The notes under the pieces are model-generated. The model was given only the letters and a program-made list of their open reading frames with translations. It was not told where the DNA came from and searched no databases. A program made the position numbers and the translations under genes. Below, in pieces: positions 38,636-48,197 of a stretch of DNA of 64,000 nt; position 1 is the stretch's first letter, and each line of letters starts with the position of its first letter. Where the stretch lies: the NCBI GenBank assembly GCA_963729835.1, contig CAVSQF010000039.1:386801-450800 (forward strand), written 5' to 3'. The DNA comes from an uncultured delta proteobacterium. Lineage in GTDB: Bacteria; Desulfobacterota; Binatia; HRBIN30.

Positions 38636-38998
38636 TCAACGCTTGTGCAGGGCCTTCGCTTCCCGCTGGACGTCTTCCCGGTCGCGGTAACGGATGGGGT
38701 GTTCCGCGCGCAGCGTTTGGATCAGCCCCGCGACCAGAGACGGGCGCAGGATGTAGTAGCAGCGCAGCGTTCCATCCGCGTGGTTGCCTACCAGCTTGGC
38801 TCTCCGCAGCGCGCTCATGTGCTGCGAGAAATTGGGCTGCGGCACCGGGACCAGGCAATTCAGATCCTTGACGCACTTGCTGCCCCCCAAGAGGGCGTCG
38901 AGGATGACCAGCCGGGTGGGGTGGGCGACGATCTTCAACAGCTTCCCCAGCTCCTTCCACGGAGCCCGCAGATTCGCGGGCAATCTTTTCTTCGCCAT
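38636..38998 (-). CDS. ArsR/SmtB-family metalloregulator
   Basis: HTH segment LKIVAHPTRLVILDALLGGSKCVKDLNC...PNFSQHMSALRRAKLV. Confidence 0.8.
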   Translation of the reverse strand: MAKKRLPANLRAPWKELGKLLKIVAHPTRLVILDALLGGSKCVKDLNCLVPVPQPNFSQHMSALRRAKLVGNHADGTLRCYYILRPSLVAGLIQTLRAEHPIRYRDREDVQREAKALHKR

Positions 38999-39167
38999 CG
39001 TGAGTCACTCAGAGCGATACGGCAACCTCTCACGAACCCGGTCATTCATACGGGGCGTAATATATACAAAGTACGATAGATATGTAAGCCCGATGCTCGA
39101 TTCCCCAAAGCATCGGGCGTACTGACACTCCCGGCGGGCGGTCCAGCGCGGGCGGATCAATCCGCCC

Positions 39168-39197
39168 TTGAAATAGTTATGGGCATATGCTCATAAT
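39168..39197 (+). promoter_or_regulatory. Sigma70-like promoter (TTGAAA-18-CATAAT) overlapped by palindrome TTATGGGCATATGCTCATAA (39177-39196), upstream of the DUF134 gene. It is preceded by perfect hairpin GGGCGGATCAATCCGCCC (39150-39167)
   Basis: Seen directly in the sequence. This is the second copy of the palindrome also found upstream of the DUF1847 gene. Confidence 0.5.
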
Positions 39198-39213
39198 GGC
39201 GTGTGGAGGATCG

Positions 39214-39720
39214 ATGCCGAGACCGCGATGCTTACGCCGAATCGCTTGCCGGCCCTCCAGCAGTCTGTTCAAGCCGGCCGGCATTCCGGCGGCATACCTG
39301 GAGCAGACGGTGATGACGCTGGATGAACTGGAGGCGCTGCGGCTGGCGGATCTGCTGGGCTTATATCATGAAACCGCCGCCCGTCGGATGAAGGTGTCCC
39401 GCCAGACCTTCGGAAGGATTATCGAATCGGCGCATCGCAAGGTCGCCGACGCTTTGATTCACGGCAAGTCATTGAAACTGAAAGGAGGAGATGTCGAGAT
39501 GGCAGGAATGAGGAGTTTTAGGTGTTCCGGGTGCCGAAACACCTGGCAGCTGCCGTATGGCACAGGGCGGCTTACCGCCTGTCCCGCTTGCGGAAGCGAG
39601 AATATCCACCGCACCGATGCCGGTCCCCGGCAGGTGGGGTGCAGGCGAGGACGCAACAGCGCTCGCCCGTCAAAAACCGCCGCTGTTCGAGATGCGGACA
39701 GCGGTACTCAAGAATCGTAA
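39214..39720 (+). CDS. DUF134 (UPF0251) predicted DNA-binding protein with C-terminal Cys4 zinc-ribbon extension
   Basis: Family-typical N-terminus MPRPRCLRRI...FKPAGIP and sigma70-region-4-like HTH LDELEALRLADLLGLYHETAARRMKVSRQTFGRI. The C-terminus has CSGC...CPACG. RBS ggagga is present. Confidence 0.75.
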   Translation: MPRPRCLRRIACRPSSSLFKPAGIPAAYLEQTVMTLDELEALRLADLLGLYHETAARRMKVSRQTFGRIIESAHRKVADALIHGKSLKLKGGDVEMAGMRSFRCSGCRNTWQLPYGTGRLTACPACGSENIHRTDAGPRQVGCRRGRNSARPSKTAAVRDADSGTQES

Positions 39721-39729
39721 AGGAGAGGA

Positions 39730-40125
39730 ATGATGAAGATCGCAGTAGCTTCGGACAACGCAGTCGATATCGCCGATCACTTCGGGCGCAGCAGCTGTTT
39801 CGTCATATTTGAATTGCAGGATGGCGTGATCAAAGGAACCGAGATACGAGCCAACCGGCAGACCGCGTTCGCGCGCGGCGAGTGCGCGGGGGAAGGCCAC
39901 GGGCCGCACGCGCACAACCACGACCATGCGGGCGTTGTGGGTTTGCTGAAGGATTGCGAGGCGATTCTGTGCCACGGGATGGGATGGCGCGCGGCGGAGG
40001 AGCTGAACGCGAACGGCATCCGGCCGCTCATGGTGGCCGCGCCGCTGTCCGCCGAGCAGGCAGTGCGGGCGTATGCGGCCGGGACGCTGGAAGTCTCCGG
40101 CGAGCACTGCGGTTGCGGCAGCTGA
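39730..40125 (+). CDS. NifX/NifB-type dinitrogenase FeMo-cofactor-binding domain protein (PF02579-like)
   Basis: MKIAVASDNAVDIADHFGRSSCFVIFEL ... ILCHGMGWRAAEEL pattern. Confidence 0.7.
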   Translation: MMKIAVASDNAVDIADHFGRSSCFVIFELQDGVIKGTEIRANRQTAFARGECAGEGHGPHAHNHDHAGVVGLLKDCEAILCHGMGWRAAEELNANGIRPLMVAAPLSAEQAVRAYAAGTLEVSGEHCGCGS

Positions 40126-40307
40126 TTCCTGCACAGCCGAGCCGCTTGCTTAGGCTGCCGCCGTTCACCGCGATGGTTTGCGGTTGCGGCAGCAGCCTGA
40201 GAAGGTGCTGGTCGCTACAAGAAAAAGCCATCCTTTGGTTGGTCTTGGAATGCGGCCTTTGTGGTGCTGTGATCGAAATGGCAAGGCCATAGAGTGGGAA
40301 AGCGGTA

Positions 40308-41690
40308 ATGCAGGCGAGTGACGAAGCCCAATTCTTCGAGACCGTTCTGCGCTGCGTGGCGGACGGGGTCTTCACCGTCGACTGCAACTGGCACATTACC
40401 TCGTTCAACAAGGCGGCCGAGCGGATCACCGGCGTACCGGCGGAACAAGCTATCGGGAAGCTATGTTCGGAGGTCTTTCATGCGGACCTCTGTGAGCAGG
40501 GCTGTCCGATTCGGCAGACGCTGCACACCGGCAGCGAGCTCATTGACCAGCCGGCGAGAATCTTGAACCAGCGGGGCCGGTCGGTCCCGATAAGCGTCAG
40601 CAGTGCCGTGCTGCGGGCGGAAGATGGGGCGCTACTCGGCGCGGTCGAGACGTTTCGCGACCTCTCCACCATCGAGCAGCTGCGGCGGGAGATTCAGGGA
40701 CAATACACGTTCGAGGATATCATCGGGAAGAGCGAAGCATTCCAGAAGATCTTCGCCATTATGCCGGACATCGCGGCGAGCGAGAGCACGGTGCTCATCG
40801 AGGGACCGAGCGGCTCGGGCAAAGAACTCCTGGCACGAGCGATTCACAACCTCAGCCCCCGCCGCAAGCGACCCTACGTAGTCGTGAACTGCAGCACGCT
40901 GCCGGCGAACCTGTTCGAGTCGGAACTCTTCGGCTACAAGAAGGGGGCGTTTACAGACGCGAAGAAGGACAAGCCCGGTCGGATCACCGTGGCCGAGCGC
41001 GGAACGATCTTCTTTGACGAGATCGGCGACCTACCGCCGGAGACCCAGGTCAAGCTGCTTCGGCTCCTACAGGAACGTGAGTACAGCCCCTTGGGCAGCG
41101 TCGAGATGCGGCACGCGAACGTGCGCATCGTGGCGGCCACAAACAGGAACCTTGCCGAACTGGTGAGCCGGGGCCAATTCCGGGATGATCTCTATTTCCG
41201 TCTGGCCGTTGTGCATCTGAGGATCCCACCGCTTTCGGAGCGTCGCGAAGACATTCCCCACCTGATCGAGCATTTCGTTCAGCGCTTCAACGCCAAGCAG
41301 GGCAAGAGGGTCCAGGGTGTGACTCCGGCTGTGATGGAGGTCTTCATGCGGCACGATTTCGCTGGGAACGCCCGCGAACTGGAGAACCTCATCGAGTACT
41401 GCTTCGTGTTGTGTCACAATGGTGTGATTGACGTGCACCACCTGCCCGAACACCTGCAGACGAGGGCACGCCGATCGGCTTCGGTGCAGCAGCCCGACTC
41501 CATTTCACCGCTCGGACAGAACGAGGCAAAAGCCATCCGACTCGCGTTGAGGCGAAACGAGGGCCAGCAGCACCGTGTGGCCAAGGAACTGGGTATCAGC
41601 CGAACCACACTCTGGCGCAAGATGAAGAAGTACCGCATTGACGTAGAGGAGCAGGCCAGCCAAGCTCGGGTTGCGACTTTGAAACGTTGA
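40308..41690 (+). CDS. Sigma54-dependent transcriptional activator (PAS sensor with Cys cluster, AAA+ sigma54-interaction domain and Fis-type HTH)
   Basis: PAS segment with CSEVFHADLCEQGC. Walker A GPSGSGKE, the ESELFGY motif, FRDDLYFRL and a C-terminal HTH GISRTTLWRKMKK. Confidence 0.9.
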   Translation: MQASDEAQFFETVLRCVADGVFTVDCNWHITSFNKAAERITGVPAEQAIGKLCSEVFHADLCEQGCPIRQTLHTGSELIDQPARILNQRGRSVPISVSSAVLRAEDGALLGAVETFRDLSTIEQLRREIQGQYTFEDIIGKSEAFQKIFAIMPDIAASESTVLIEGPSGSGKELLARAIHNLSPRRKRPYVVVNCSTLPANLFESELFGYKKGAFTDAKKDKPGRITVAERGTIFFDEIGDLPPETQVKLLRLLQEREYSPLGSVEMRHANVRIVAATNRNLAELVSRGQFRDDLYFRLAVVHLRIPPLSERREDIPHLIEHFVQRFNAKQGKRVQGVTPAVMEVFMRHDFAGNARELENLIEYCFVLCHNGVIDVHHLPEHLQTRARRSASVQQPDSISPLGQNEAKAIRLALRRNEGQQHRVAKELGISRTTLWRKMKKYRIDVEEQASQARVATLKR

Positions 41691-41806
41691 AACGAACCGA
41701 TGTTTCACGCTTGAAACCTCGGGGTCCTGGAGACTCGCCCCCCACCCTAGTCCAACCTTCCTATTTTCCAAGCGCATAGCTGCTGTCTAGCGTCTCTTGC
41801 AGACGG

Positions 41807-41822
41807 CGGCCCGCCGCTTGCT
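41807..41822 (+). promoter_or_regulatory. Sigma54 (-24/-12) promoter cGGCcCG-N4-TTGCt upstream of the NifX-like/WG-repeat/Hmc operon
   Basis: GG at 41808-9 and TTGC at 41818-21 with canonical 10-nt spacing. It lies about 40 nt before RBS ggag and ATG 41862. Confidence 0.55.
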
Positions 41823-41861
41823 GTGAAACAGGGGCGTGACCGACTTGGCGGAGACCTGAAT

Positions 41862-42251
41862 ATGAGAGTCGCCATCGCACGCACGGGAGAGACTGTGGCG
41901 CCGTGTTTGGAGTACAGCGCCACGATGGCGATCTTCACGATCGAGGAGGGTGCCATCACCGACCAGCTCGACTTTCCACTGCGCAGCCGGGACCCGTTTG
42001 ATCGGGTGCGCCTGCTCCGCGACCAGGAAGTCGACACGGTCATCTGCGGCGGCGTCATGGAGAAATACGAGGATCTACTCAAGGCCAGTCGCATCCAAGT
42101 CATTTCCTGGGTCTCCGGGCCGGTCGAGCAGCTTCTCAATCTGTTTCTGCGAGGACAGCTGGTTCCTGGCAGCCATCCCGGCCAAGTGACTCCAGGTCGC
42201 GCGCAGATGGCAAGGGAGCGGAGCACCAGCCGTAAGCAACGCCGAACCTGA
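41862..42251 (+). CDS. NifX/NifB-type cofactor-binding domain protein, second copy
   Basis: MRVAIARTGETVAPCLEYSATMAIFTIEEG ... VICGGVMEKYEDLL. Confidence 0.7.
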   Translation: MRVAIARTGETVAPCLEYSATMAIFTIEEGAITDQLDFPLRSRDPFDRVRLLRDQEVDTVICGGVMEKYEDLLKASRIQVISWVSGPVEQLLNLFLRGQLVPGSHPGQVTPGRAQMARERSTSRKQRRT

Positions 42252-42264
42252 GAGAAGAAGACAC

Positions 42265-43515
42265 ATGCAGGACATAGCCAGCTGGGACTGGGAAACGGGC
42301 GAGAAGGCCGTCGCGGATATCGGGGAGATTCGCTCGCGGCACGAGGAGGCGCGCGAGTTCGCGGTCAGCGACGACGGCGAGAAGATAGCCGTGATAGTGA
42401 AGGGAGACGAGGGTGTCACTCCCTGTGTTAACGGGGAGCTCTGGGAGGCGACCTTCGACAAGGCGTGGTGTCTGCGGTTCCTGCCGGCCGGGAACCTCTT
42501 CGCCTTGGTGATGAAGGACGACGAGTGGACCGTCGGGGTGGAAGGGGAGACCTGGGAAGAAAAGTTCGATTTCGCGTGGAACCCGCGATTCACTGCCGAC
42601 GGCACAGGCATCATGCTCCAGATCAAGAGCGGGATGGACTACTCGCTGGCTGTCAACGGCAAGGCATGGGAGAAGACGTTCCGGTCGATTCGCGAGTTTG
42701 CCATCAGCCCCAACGGCCAGACCGTGATCGCGGCGGCGCAGGTGGAGCCCCTAAAGGAAGGAGACACAGAGAAGTTCTTCGAAGGCGTCTGGGCCGTTGC
42801 GGTGAACGACCAAGTACTTAACGGGAAGTTCCCCAACGTCTGGGGCCCGGTTGCTGCCGACGGCGGAAAGACCGCGGTGGAAGTACGGACCGGCATCAGA
42901 GAGTTCACGCTGATGCAGGACGGGGTTCTCTGGCCAGACCGGTACGACATGATCTGGGAACCGTGTTTCGCCCCTTCCGGGTCCTTGCTCGTCCCGGTCA
43001 AGTTGCCCGGCGGGTGGACTCTCGCGAGGGACGGGAAGACGGTCTGGACGGGAAGATACGTGCAGCTCTTCCGGCTGCGGCTCAGCGCGGACGGTTCCCG
43101 GATAGCCGGCGTCGCCGCGCCTAGTTTCGGTAGCTGGACAGTCGTGGTCGACGACGTCGCCTGGCCGACCACGTGGGCCGAGGCGGTCCTCGATCCCATC
43201 TTCAGCCCGGATGGCCGCCGGGTAGCCGCGGCAGTGCGCAGCAACGGGAAGTGGAGCGTAGCGGTGAACGGAGAAGCGTGGAACGCCACGTTCGACATGG
43301 TGTGGGACCCGGTCTTCAACCCAGGCGGCGATCGTGTCGCAGCGAGGGTCGAGAAAGACGGCGCTCTCAGCCTTGCTATCGACGGCCGACTTTCATGGCG
43401 TCGCTACGAGATGCTCTGGAATCCGGTCTTCAGCCCTGACGGGAAGAAAATCCTGTTCAGAGCGGTGGAGAAGGGCAAGTACGTCCGGTCCGTAGTGTCC
43501 GTGGACGCATTCTGA
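42265..43515 (+). CDS. Cytoplasmic WG/KWG-type beta-propeller repeat protein (about nine ~45-aa repeats)
   Basis: Recurrent units such as W(S/T)(V/L)AV(N/D)G(K/E)AW...FD(M/F)VW(D/N)P(V/R)F(S/N)PDG. No signal peptide. Confidence 0.7.
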   Translation: MQDIASWDWETGEKAVADIGEIRSRHEEAREFAVSDDGEKIAVIVKGDEGVTPCVNGELWEATFDKAWCLRFLPAGNLFALVMKDDEWTVGVEGETWEEKFDFAWNPRFTADGTGIMLQIKSGMDYSLAVNGKAWEKTFRSIREFAISPNGQTVIAAAQVEPLKEGDTEKFFEGVWAVAVNDQVLNGKFPNVWGPVAADGGKTAVEVRTGIREFTLMQDGVLWPDRYDMIWEPCFAPSGSLLVPVKLPGGWTLARDGKTVWTGRYVQLFRLRLSADGSRIAGVAAPSFGSWTVVVDDVAWPTTWAEAVLDPIFSPDGRRVAAAVRSNGKWSVAVNGEAWNATFDMVWDPVFNPGGDRVAARVEKDGALSLAIDGRLSWRRYEMLWNPVFSPDGKKILFRAVEKGKYVRSVVSVDAF

Positions 43516-43542
43516 ATGCCTGTTGGAAACGGAGAACAGTAG

Positions 43543-44205
43543 ATGGAATTCGCATCTCTGTACGCGTTCGCGAGAGGGCCGCTGGTCTGGATCGCTTTCA
43601 TCGTGTGTTTCCTCGGCAGCGTTTACAAGCTGGTGCGGATGTTCGTCTTGGCGAAGCAAGACAAGGTGGTCTACCCGTACATGAGCCTGAAGTTCGGCCT
43701 GCGCTCCCTCATGCACTGGGTGACCCCGTTCGCGAGCCGCAACATGAGGCTGAACCCGGGCATGACGCTCGTGACCTTCGCGTTCCACTTCTGTCTGTTG
43801 GCTACCCCCATCTTGCTGATGGCGCACAACGTGCTCCTGTACGAATCTTGGGGCATACGCCTCCCGACGTTGCCTGAGTCTGCGGCCGATGCCATGACGC
43901 TGGTGGTCGTTCTCGTCGCCCTGTTCTTCCTGGCACGTCGGCTCTTCGTGCCGGCCGCAGTTTACGTCACAGATTCTTCCGACTGGGTGGTCCTTCTCAT
44001 TGCCGTCGCACCCTTTGTCACGGGTTTCATCGCCACCCAGGGGTGGCTCCACTACAAGACCATGCTGCTCTTGCACATCTTCAGCGGCGCCCTGTGGCTG
44101 ATGGCGATCCCATTCACGCGCCTCAGTCACATGCTCTACTTCGTTTTCACGCGATCCTACATGGGGTCTGAGTTCGGGGCGGTTCGCAACGCCAGGGACT
44201 GGTAA
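43543..44205 (+). CDS. hmcE: HmcE-like membrane cytochrome b (NarI/HdrE/DsrM family)
   Basis: Five or six TM helices with conserved His (LMHWVTPF, MAHNV, LLHIFSGALW). Adjacent to an HdrD-like gene. Confidence 0.7.
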   Translation: MEFASLYAFARGPLVWIAFIVCFLGSVYKLVRMFVLAKQDKVVYPYMSLKFGLRSLMHWVTPFASRNMRLNPGMTLVTFAFHFCLLATPILLMAHNVLLYESWGIRLPTLPESAADAMTLVVVLVALFFLARRLFVPAAVYVTDSSDWVVLLIAVAPFVTGFIATQGWLHYKTMLLLHIFSGALWLMAIPFTRLSHMLYFVFTRSYMGSEFGAVRNARDW

Positions 44206-44209
44206 AGGG

Positions 44210-45577
44210 ATGACGCACACGATCGAAATCCAGCGCCCCGAAGTCGCCGACCCAGGCCTCGACGAGGTCGTCAAGCGGCTCACGCCCGAGCAAATCGAGA
44301 AGACCATCAACCAGGTGTTGACGAAAGAATGCGCCGCGCGGCTCGAGACCTACGTCGAGACCTGCATGCGTTGCGGCCTGTGCGCCAACGCCTGCCATTT
44401 CTGCCTCTCCCACGACGGCGAACCGAGCTGGTCGCCGGTCGGCAAGGTGAGAAACACCATGTGGGAGATTCTCAGGAGAAAGGGCAAGGTGAGCCCGCAG
44501 TTCATGAAGCAGGCTGCGCGGATCGCCTACACCGAATGCAACGTCTGCCGGCGCTGCAGCATGTACTGCCCCTTCGGCATCGACATCGCCTACCTGCTGC
44601 TCACCGTGCGCCGCATCTGCAACCTGCTTTCTCTCGTGCCGCAGTATCTCCAGGATACCGTCAACAGCCACGCCGTCACCATGAACCAGATGTGGCTGCA
44701 GACCGACGAGTGGATCGACACCCTCATGTGGCAGGAAGAGGAGGCGGCAACCGAGGTCAAGGGAGCCCGCATCCCGCTCGACGTGGAGGGCGTGAACTTC
44801 ATGTACTCGGTCATCGGGCCGGAGCCGAAGATCCTCGCGCAGCTGATCGGCTACTTCGCTCAGATCATGGCCGTGGTGAACTACAACTGCCGCAAGAGAG
44901 GTGAGCCGGAGCTGACCTGGACCATGCCCTCAGTCGACGGGTGGGACAACAGCAACATGGCGATGTACTCCGGCGACTTCGAAACCATGGGCAGGGTGGA
45001 ACGTCTGCACTGGGACGCCGCCATGCGGCTGAGGGCGAAGCGGGTCGTGATGGGCGAGTGCGGCCACGCCTTTCGCGGTGCCGTCTATGACGGCCCGAAG
45101 TGGGTGGGCTGGCATCACACCCCCATCCCGATGACCCACGCGATAGACTTCTACTACGAGATCATTTCCACGGGGAAGATCGGCATCAAGAGGAAGTTCG
45201 AAAAACCCATCACGGTGCAGGACCCGTGCAACGTGGTCCGCGGCCGCGGACTCGGGCCCAAGCTGCGCGAGATCATGCGGGCGACCTGTACCGACTTCCG
45301 AGACGTCCATCCCAAGTATGAGCACAACTACTGCTGCGCGGCGGGCGGCGGGGTAATCAACTGCGGCCCGCCGTGGACTAGGACGAGGGTCGAGGGCAAC
45401 CGTGTCAAGGCCGATCAGCTCAGGGAAACGGGCGCCGAGATCGTCGTGACCCCCTGTCACAACTGCCATAGCGGCATCGAAGATATCATCAAGGGGCACA
45501 AGCTCGGCATGCACGTGAAGTTCTTCAGCGAAATCCTGGTCCAGGTCATGGAAGTCCCCGAAGAGATCAAAGCCTAG
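44210..45577 (+). CDS. hmcF: HmcF-like cytoplasmic Fe-S protein (HdrD/DsrK family, two 4Fe-4S motifs plus CCG domains)
   Basis: CMRCGLCANACHFC, CNVCRRCSMYCP, CCAAGGG and PCHNCHSG. Confidence 0.85.
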   Translation: MTHTIEIQRPEVADPGLDEVVKRLTPEQIEKTINQVLTKECAARLETYVETCMRCGLCANACHFCLSHDGEPSWSPVGKVRNTMWEILRRKGKVSPQFMKQAARIAYTECNVCRRCSMYCPFGIDIAYLLLTVRRICNLLSLVPQYLQDTVNSHAVTMNQMWLQTDEWIDTLMWQEEEAATEVKGARIPLDVEGVNFMYSVIGPEPKILAQLIGYFAQIMAVVNYNCRKRGEPELTWTMPSVDGWDNSNMAMYSGDFETMGRVERLHWDAAMRLRAKRVVMGECGHAFRGAVYDGPKWVGWHHTPIPMTHAIDFYYEIISTGKIGIKRKFEKPITVQDPCNVVRGRGLGPKLREIMRATCTDFRDVHPKYEHNYCCAAGGGVINCGPPWTRTRVEGNRVKADQLRETGAEIVVTPCHNCHSGIEDIIKGHKLGMHVKFFSEILVQVMEVPEEIKA

Positions 45578-45597
45578 CTGAAGAGGGCAAGGATCGA

Positions 45598-47097
45598 ATG
45601 AACCGAGTAATTGGCTACCTGCTGGCAGTTGTAATCTTGGGCCTGCTCGCGGTGGGTTGGGTCGGAAATCTCCGGCCGCAGGGCCAAGAGGTGAGGTTGA
45701 CGGGACCCGACATGATCGTCATCGCGCGGTCCGAGGTCTTCGGTGAGCTGAAACGCCCGGCGGTCCCCTTCAAGCACGAAAAGCACGTCGCGGCGCTCAA
45801 GGAAGAAGGGTGCACCGTCTGCCATGAGGATCGCGGCGGGAGGCTGACGCTCGAGTTCGTCCGCGCCGACGACGGCACCGGGCAAGACCCCATGGATGCC
45901 TACCACAACCGGTGCGTCGGCTGTCACGTAAAGCGCGCCACGAAGGGCGCGACCGCAGGGCCGCAGGAGTGCGGAGACTGTCACATGCCTGGCGTCGTGT
46001 GGCTGCGGTCGCATCACCCGGCCGGCCTCGATCTTGCGCTCCACAAGCGTCACGTCGATGCCTTCGGTGGCGAGAAGAAGTGCGACGACTGTCACCGGGC
46101 GAAGGACCCCAAGGCGGTGCGCCTGATTTACGAGATGAGCTCCGAGCTGAAGAACCTTCCGTTGGGACAGGCCGCGCACACGGCGTGCGTCGGTTGTCAC
46201 TACGAGCGTAGCGCACGGCATGAAACGGCCGGACCCGTGGCGTGTTCGGAATGCCACGAGAAGCACGCCATACCGGATTGGCTTGTTCGGCCGCAAGGCC
46301 TTCCCGAGGGCTATCGTCTGCTCAGAGACCAGAAAGACACTGAGGTCATTGATGTCGGAGACCAGCTAGCACGCATGCCTGGCGTGACGTTCGATCACAA
46401 GTCGCACGAAGGCGTTGCGAGTTCCTGCCGCGCGTGTCACCACGACTCCCTGCAGGCGTGCGGGACCTGCCACACCTTGGACGGAACGGAGAAGGGCGAT
46501 GGCGTGAAGCTGGCAACGGGGTACCATGAGCGTCTGTCGACCCGCAGCTGTGTCGGTTGCCACCGCGCCGAGACGGCATCGGTGGCCTGCGCGGGCTGTC
46601 ACGGCAGCGGACCCGTTAAGCCCATCTCAACCGAAAAGTCCTGCCCGATATGTCATTATCGCGGGGAACGCCCCGTCGCTCGCCCGGACATTTCTGGTTA
46701 TCCGACCAAGGCGATCACGATCGAGAACAAATACACGGGAATCGTCGCCGATCGTTATGGCCCGGCGTCGTTCGATCACGGGAAACACGTCACGCGGCTG
46801 CGGGAACGGATTCAGGACGACGGCGGCCACCGCCTGGCCGACCGTTTTCACGAGGGCCGACAATTCCTGTGCACGGCGTGTCACCACCACAGCCCGCCGA
46901 TCGAGGAAGGCGCAAAGCCCCCACGATGCACCTCGTGCCACCGGCAGCTGGCGGATCCGGCGGAGCCGGAGTCCCCTGCGAGTCCGGCTGTGTACCACCA
47001 GCGGTGCGTCGGCTGTCACCAAAGGATGAATGTACAGAAGGACGGCCACGGACTCGGGTGTAAGGACTGTCACTCCCCACGCGAGGGAAGAGTATGA
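45598..47097 (+). CDS. hmcA: High-molecular-weight multihaem cytochrome c (HmcA-like, 15 CxxCH motifs)
   Basis: Signal/anchor MNRVIGYLLAVVILGLLAVGWVG. 15 CxxCH counted along 499 aa. Confidence 0.9.
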   Translation: MNRVIGYLLAVVILGLLAVGWVGNLRPQGQEVRLTGPDMIVIARSEVFGELKRPAVPFKHEKHVAALKEEGCTVCHEDRGGRLTLEFVRADDGTGQDPMDAYHNRCVGCHVKRATKGATAGPQECGDCHMPGVVWLRSHHPAGLDLALHKRHVDAFGGEKKCDDCHRAKDPKAVRLIYEMSSELKNLPLGQAAHTACVGCHYERSARHETAGPVACSECHEKHAIPDWLVRPQGLPEGYRLLRDQKDTEVIDVGDQLARMPGVTFDHKSHEGVASSCRACHHDSLQACGTCHTLDGTEKGDGVKLATGYHERLSTRSCVGCHRAETASVACAGCHGSGPVKPISTEKSCPICHYRGERPVARPDISGYPTKAITIENKYTGIVADRYGPASFDHGKHVTRLRERIQDDGGHRLADRFHEGRQFLCTACHHHSPPIEEGAKPPRCTSCHRQLADPAEPESPASPAVYHQRCVGCHQRMNVQKDGHGLGCKDCHSPREGRV

Positions 47098-48197
47098 GCA
47101 TTTCCAGACGAGACTTTCTTCGGGGAGCCGCAACTACCGGCGTCGTTTCATTGTGCGGGCCCGCCGCGCTGGCTTCCGAAATCCACACGGGCAACCCTGA
47201 TCGGTACGGCGTTCTGGTGGACCTGTCGCTTTGCAGCGGCTGCCGTACGTGCGAAGCGGCCTGCTACGAGGAGAACAAGGACAGGGACACCAACCGCCGG
47301 ACGAACAACGAACACGAGGGTAACCTTCCGCCGCCGTGCGTGCCCTTCGACGACCTCACCGTGACCGCCACGCGGCGCCGGCCGTCTGGTGGTGTCTACA
47401 CGGTGGTAAATCGGTACCAAGCGCAGGACGCCACGGGCCAAGAGAAGAAGGTCTATCGAAAGATCCAGTGTTTCCACTGCGACGAGCCCGCCTGTGCTTC
47501 GGCGTGCTTTGTGTCGGCATTGAGGAAGACCAAGGAGGGAGCGGTCGTCTACAACCCGAACGTGTGCGTTGGCTGCCGGTACTGTATGACTGCCTGCCCG
47601 TTCTCTATCCCCGGCTACGAGTATGACAACCCGCTCACGCCACGGGTGAAGAAGTGCACGTTCTGCTACCACCGGACCTCCGTGGGGCGACCGCCGGCGT
47701 GTGTCGAGGCATGCCCCTATGGTGTGATGACCTTCGGGAAGCGAAGCGACCTCGTGAGGTTTGCGAATGAGAAGATCTTGGCGCATCCCGAGCGGTACGT
47801 GCATCAGATCTATGGGGAGAACGAAGTCGGTGGCACGGCTTGGATGTATCTCTCGCCGGTGCCCTTCGATCGGGTGGGATTCCGGACGGACCTCGGCACG
47901 ACGCCGTATCCGGAGTTGACGCGGGGGTTTCTCTCCATTGTGCCGCCTGTCCTCGTGCTGTGGGGCCCTGCTCTGATGGGAGTCTATGCATTCACTCAAC
48001 GCAAGGAGAAACTCGCCGAACGAGAGAAGAGGGACGCGGTAGGGACCGCTGTCGCGAGTGCCGTCGCGGAGGCGGAACAAAAGGCGGCCAAGCAATTCGA
48101 GGCTGCGATGAAGAAAGCCGACAAGGAAAGAGAGCTGGCCGTCAAGAAGGCGCTCGAAGAGACGAAGAAGGCAACAGCGGAGCAAGAAGCGAAATGA
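47094..48197 (+). CDS. hmcB: HmcB-like Tat-exported four-cluster ferredoxin subunit with C-terminal TM anchor (NrfC/PsrB/DmsB family)
   Basis: Tat motif SRRDFLRGAA. Cys motifs are CSGCRTCEAAC, CFHCDEPACASAC, CVGCRYCMTACP and CTFC...CVEACP. TM helix IVPPVLVLWGPALMGVYAF. ATGA overlap with hmcA. Confidence 0.85.
   Translation: MSISRRDFLRGAATTGVVSLCGPAALASEIHTGNPDRYGVLVDLSLCSGCRTCEAACYEENKDRDTNRRTNNEHEGNLPPPCVPFDDLTVTATRRRPSGGVYTVVNRYQAQDATGQEKKVYRKIQCFHCDEPACASACFVSALRKTKEGAVVYNPNVCVGCRYCMTACPFSIPGYEYDNPLTPRVKKCTFCYHRTSVGRPPACVEACPYGVMTFGKRSDLVRFANEKILAHPERYVHQIYGENEVGGTAWMYLSPVPFDRVGFRTDLGTTPYPELTRGFLSIVPPVLVLWGPALMGVYAFTQRKEKLAEREKRDAVGTAVASAVAEAEQKAAKQFEAAMKKADKERELAVKKALEETKKATAEQEAK

Noticed and set aside
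38012-39079. 355-aa plus-strand ORF
   Set aside because: It lies antisense to the TrmO-like and ArsR genes. No domains.
43393-44310. 305-aa minus-strand ORF
   Set aside because: It lies antisense to hmcE/hmcF.
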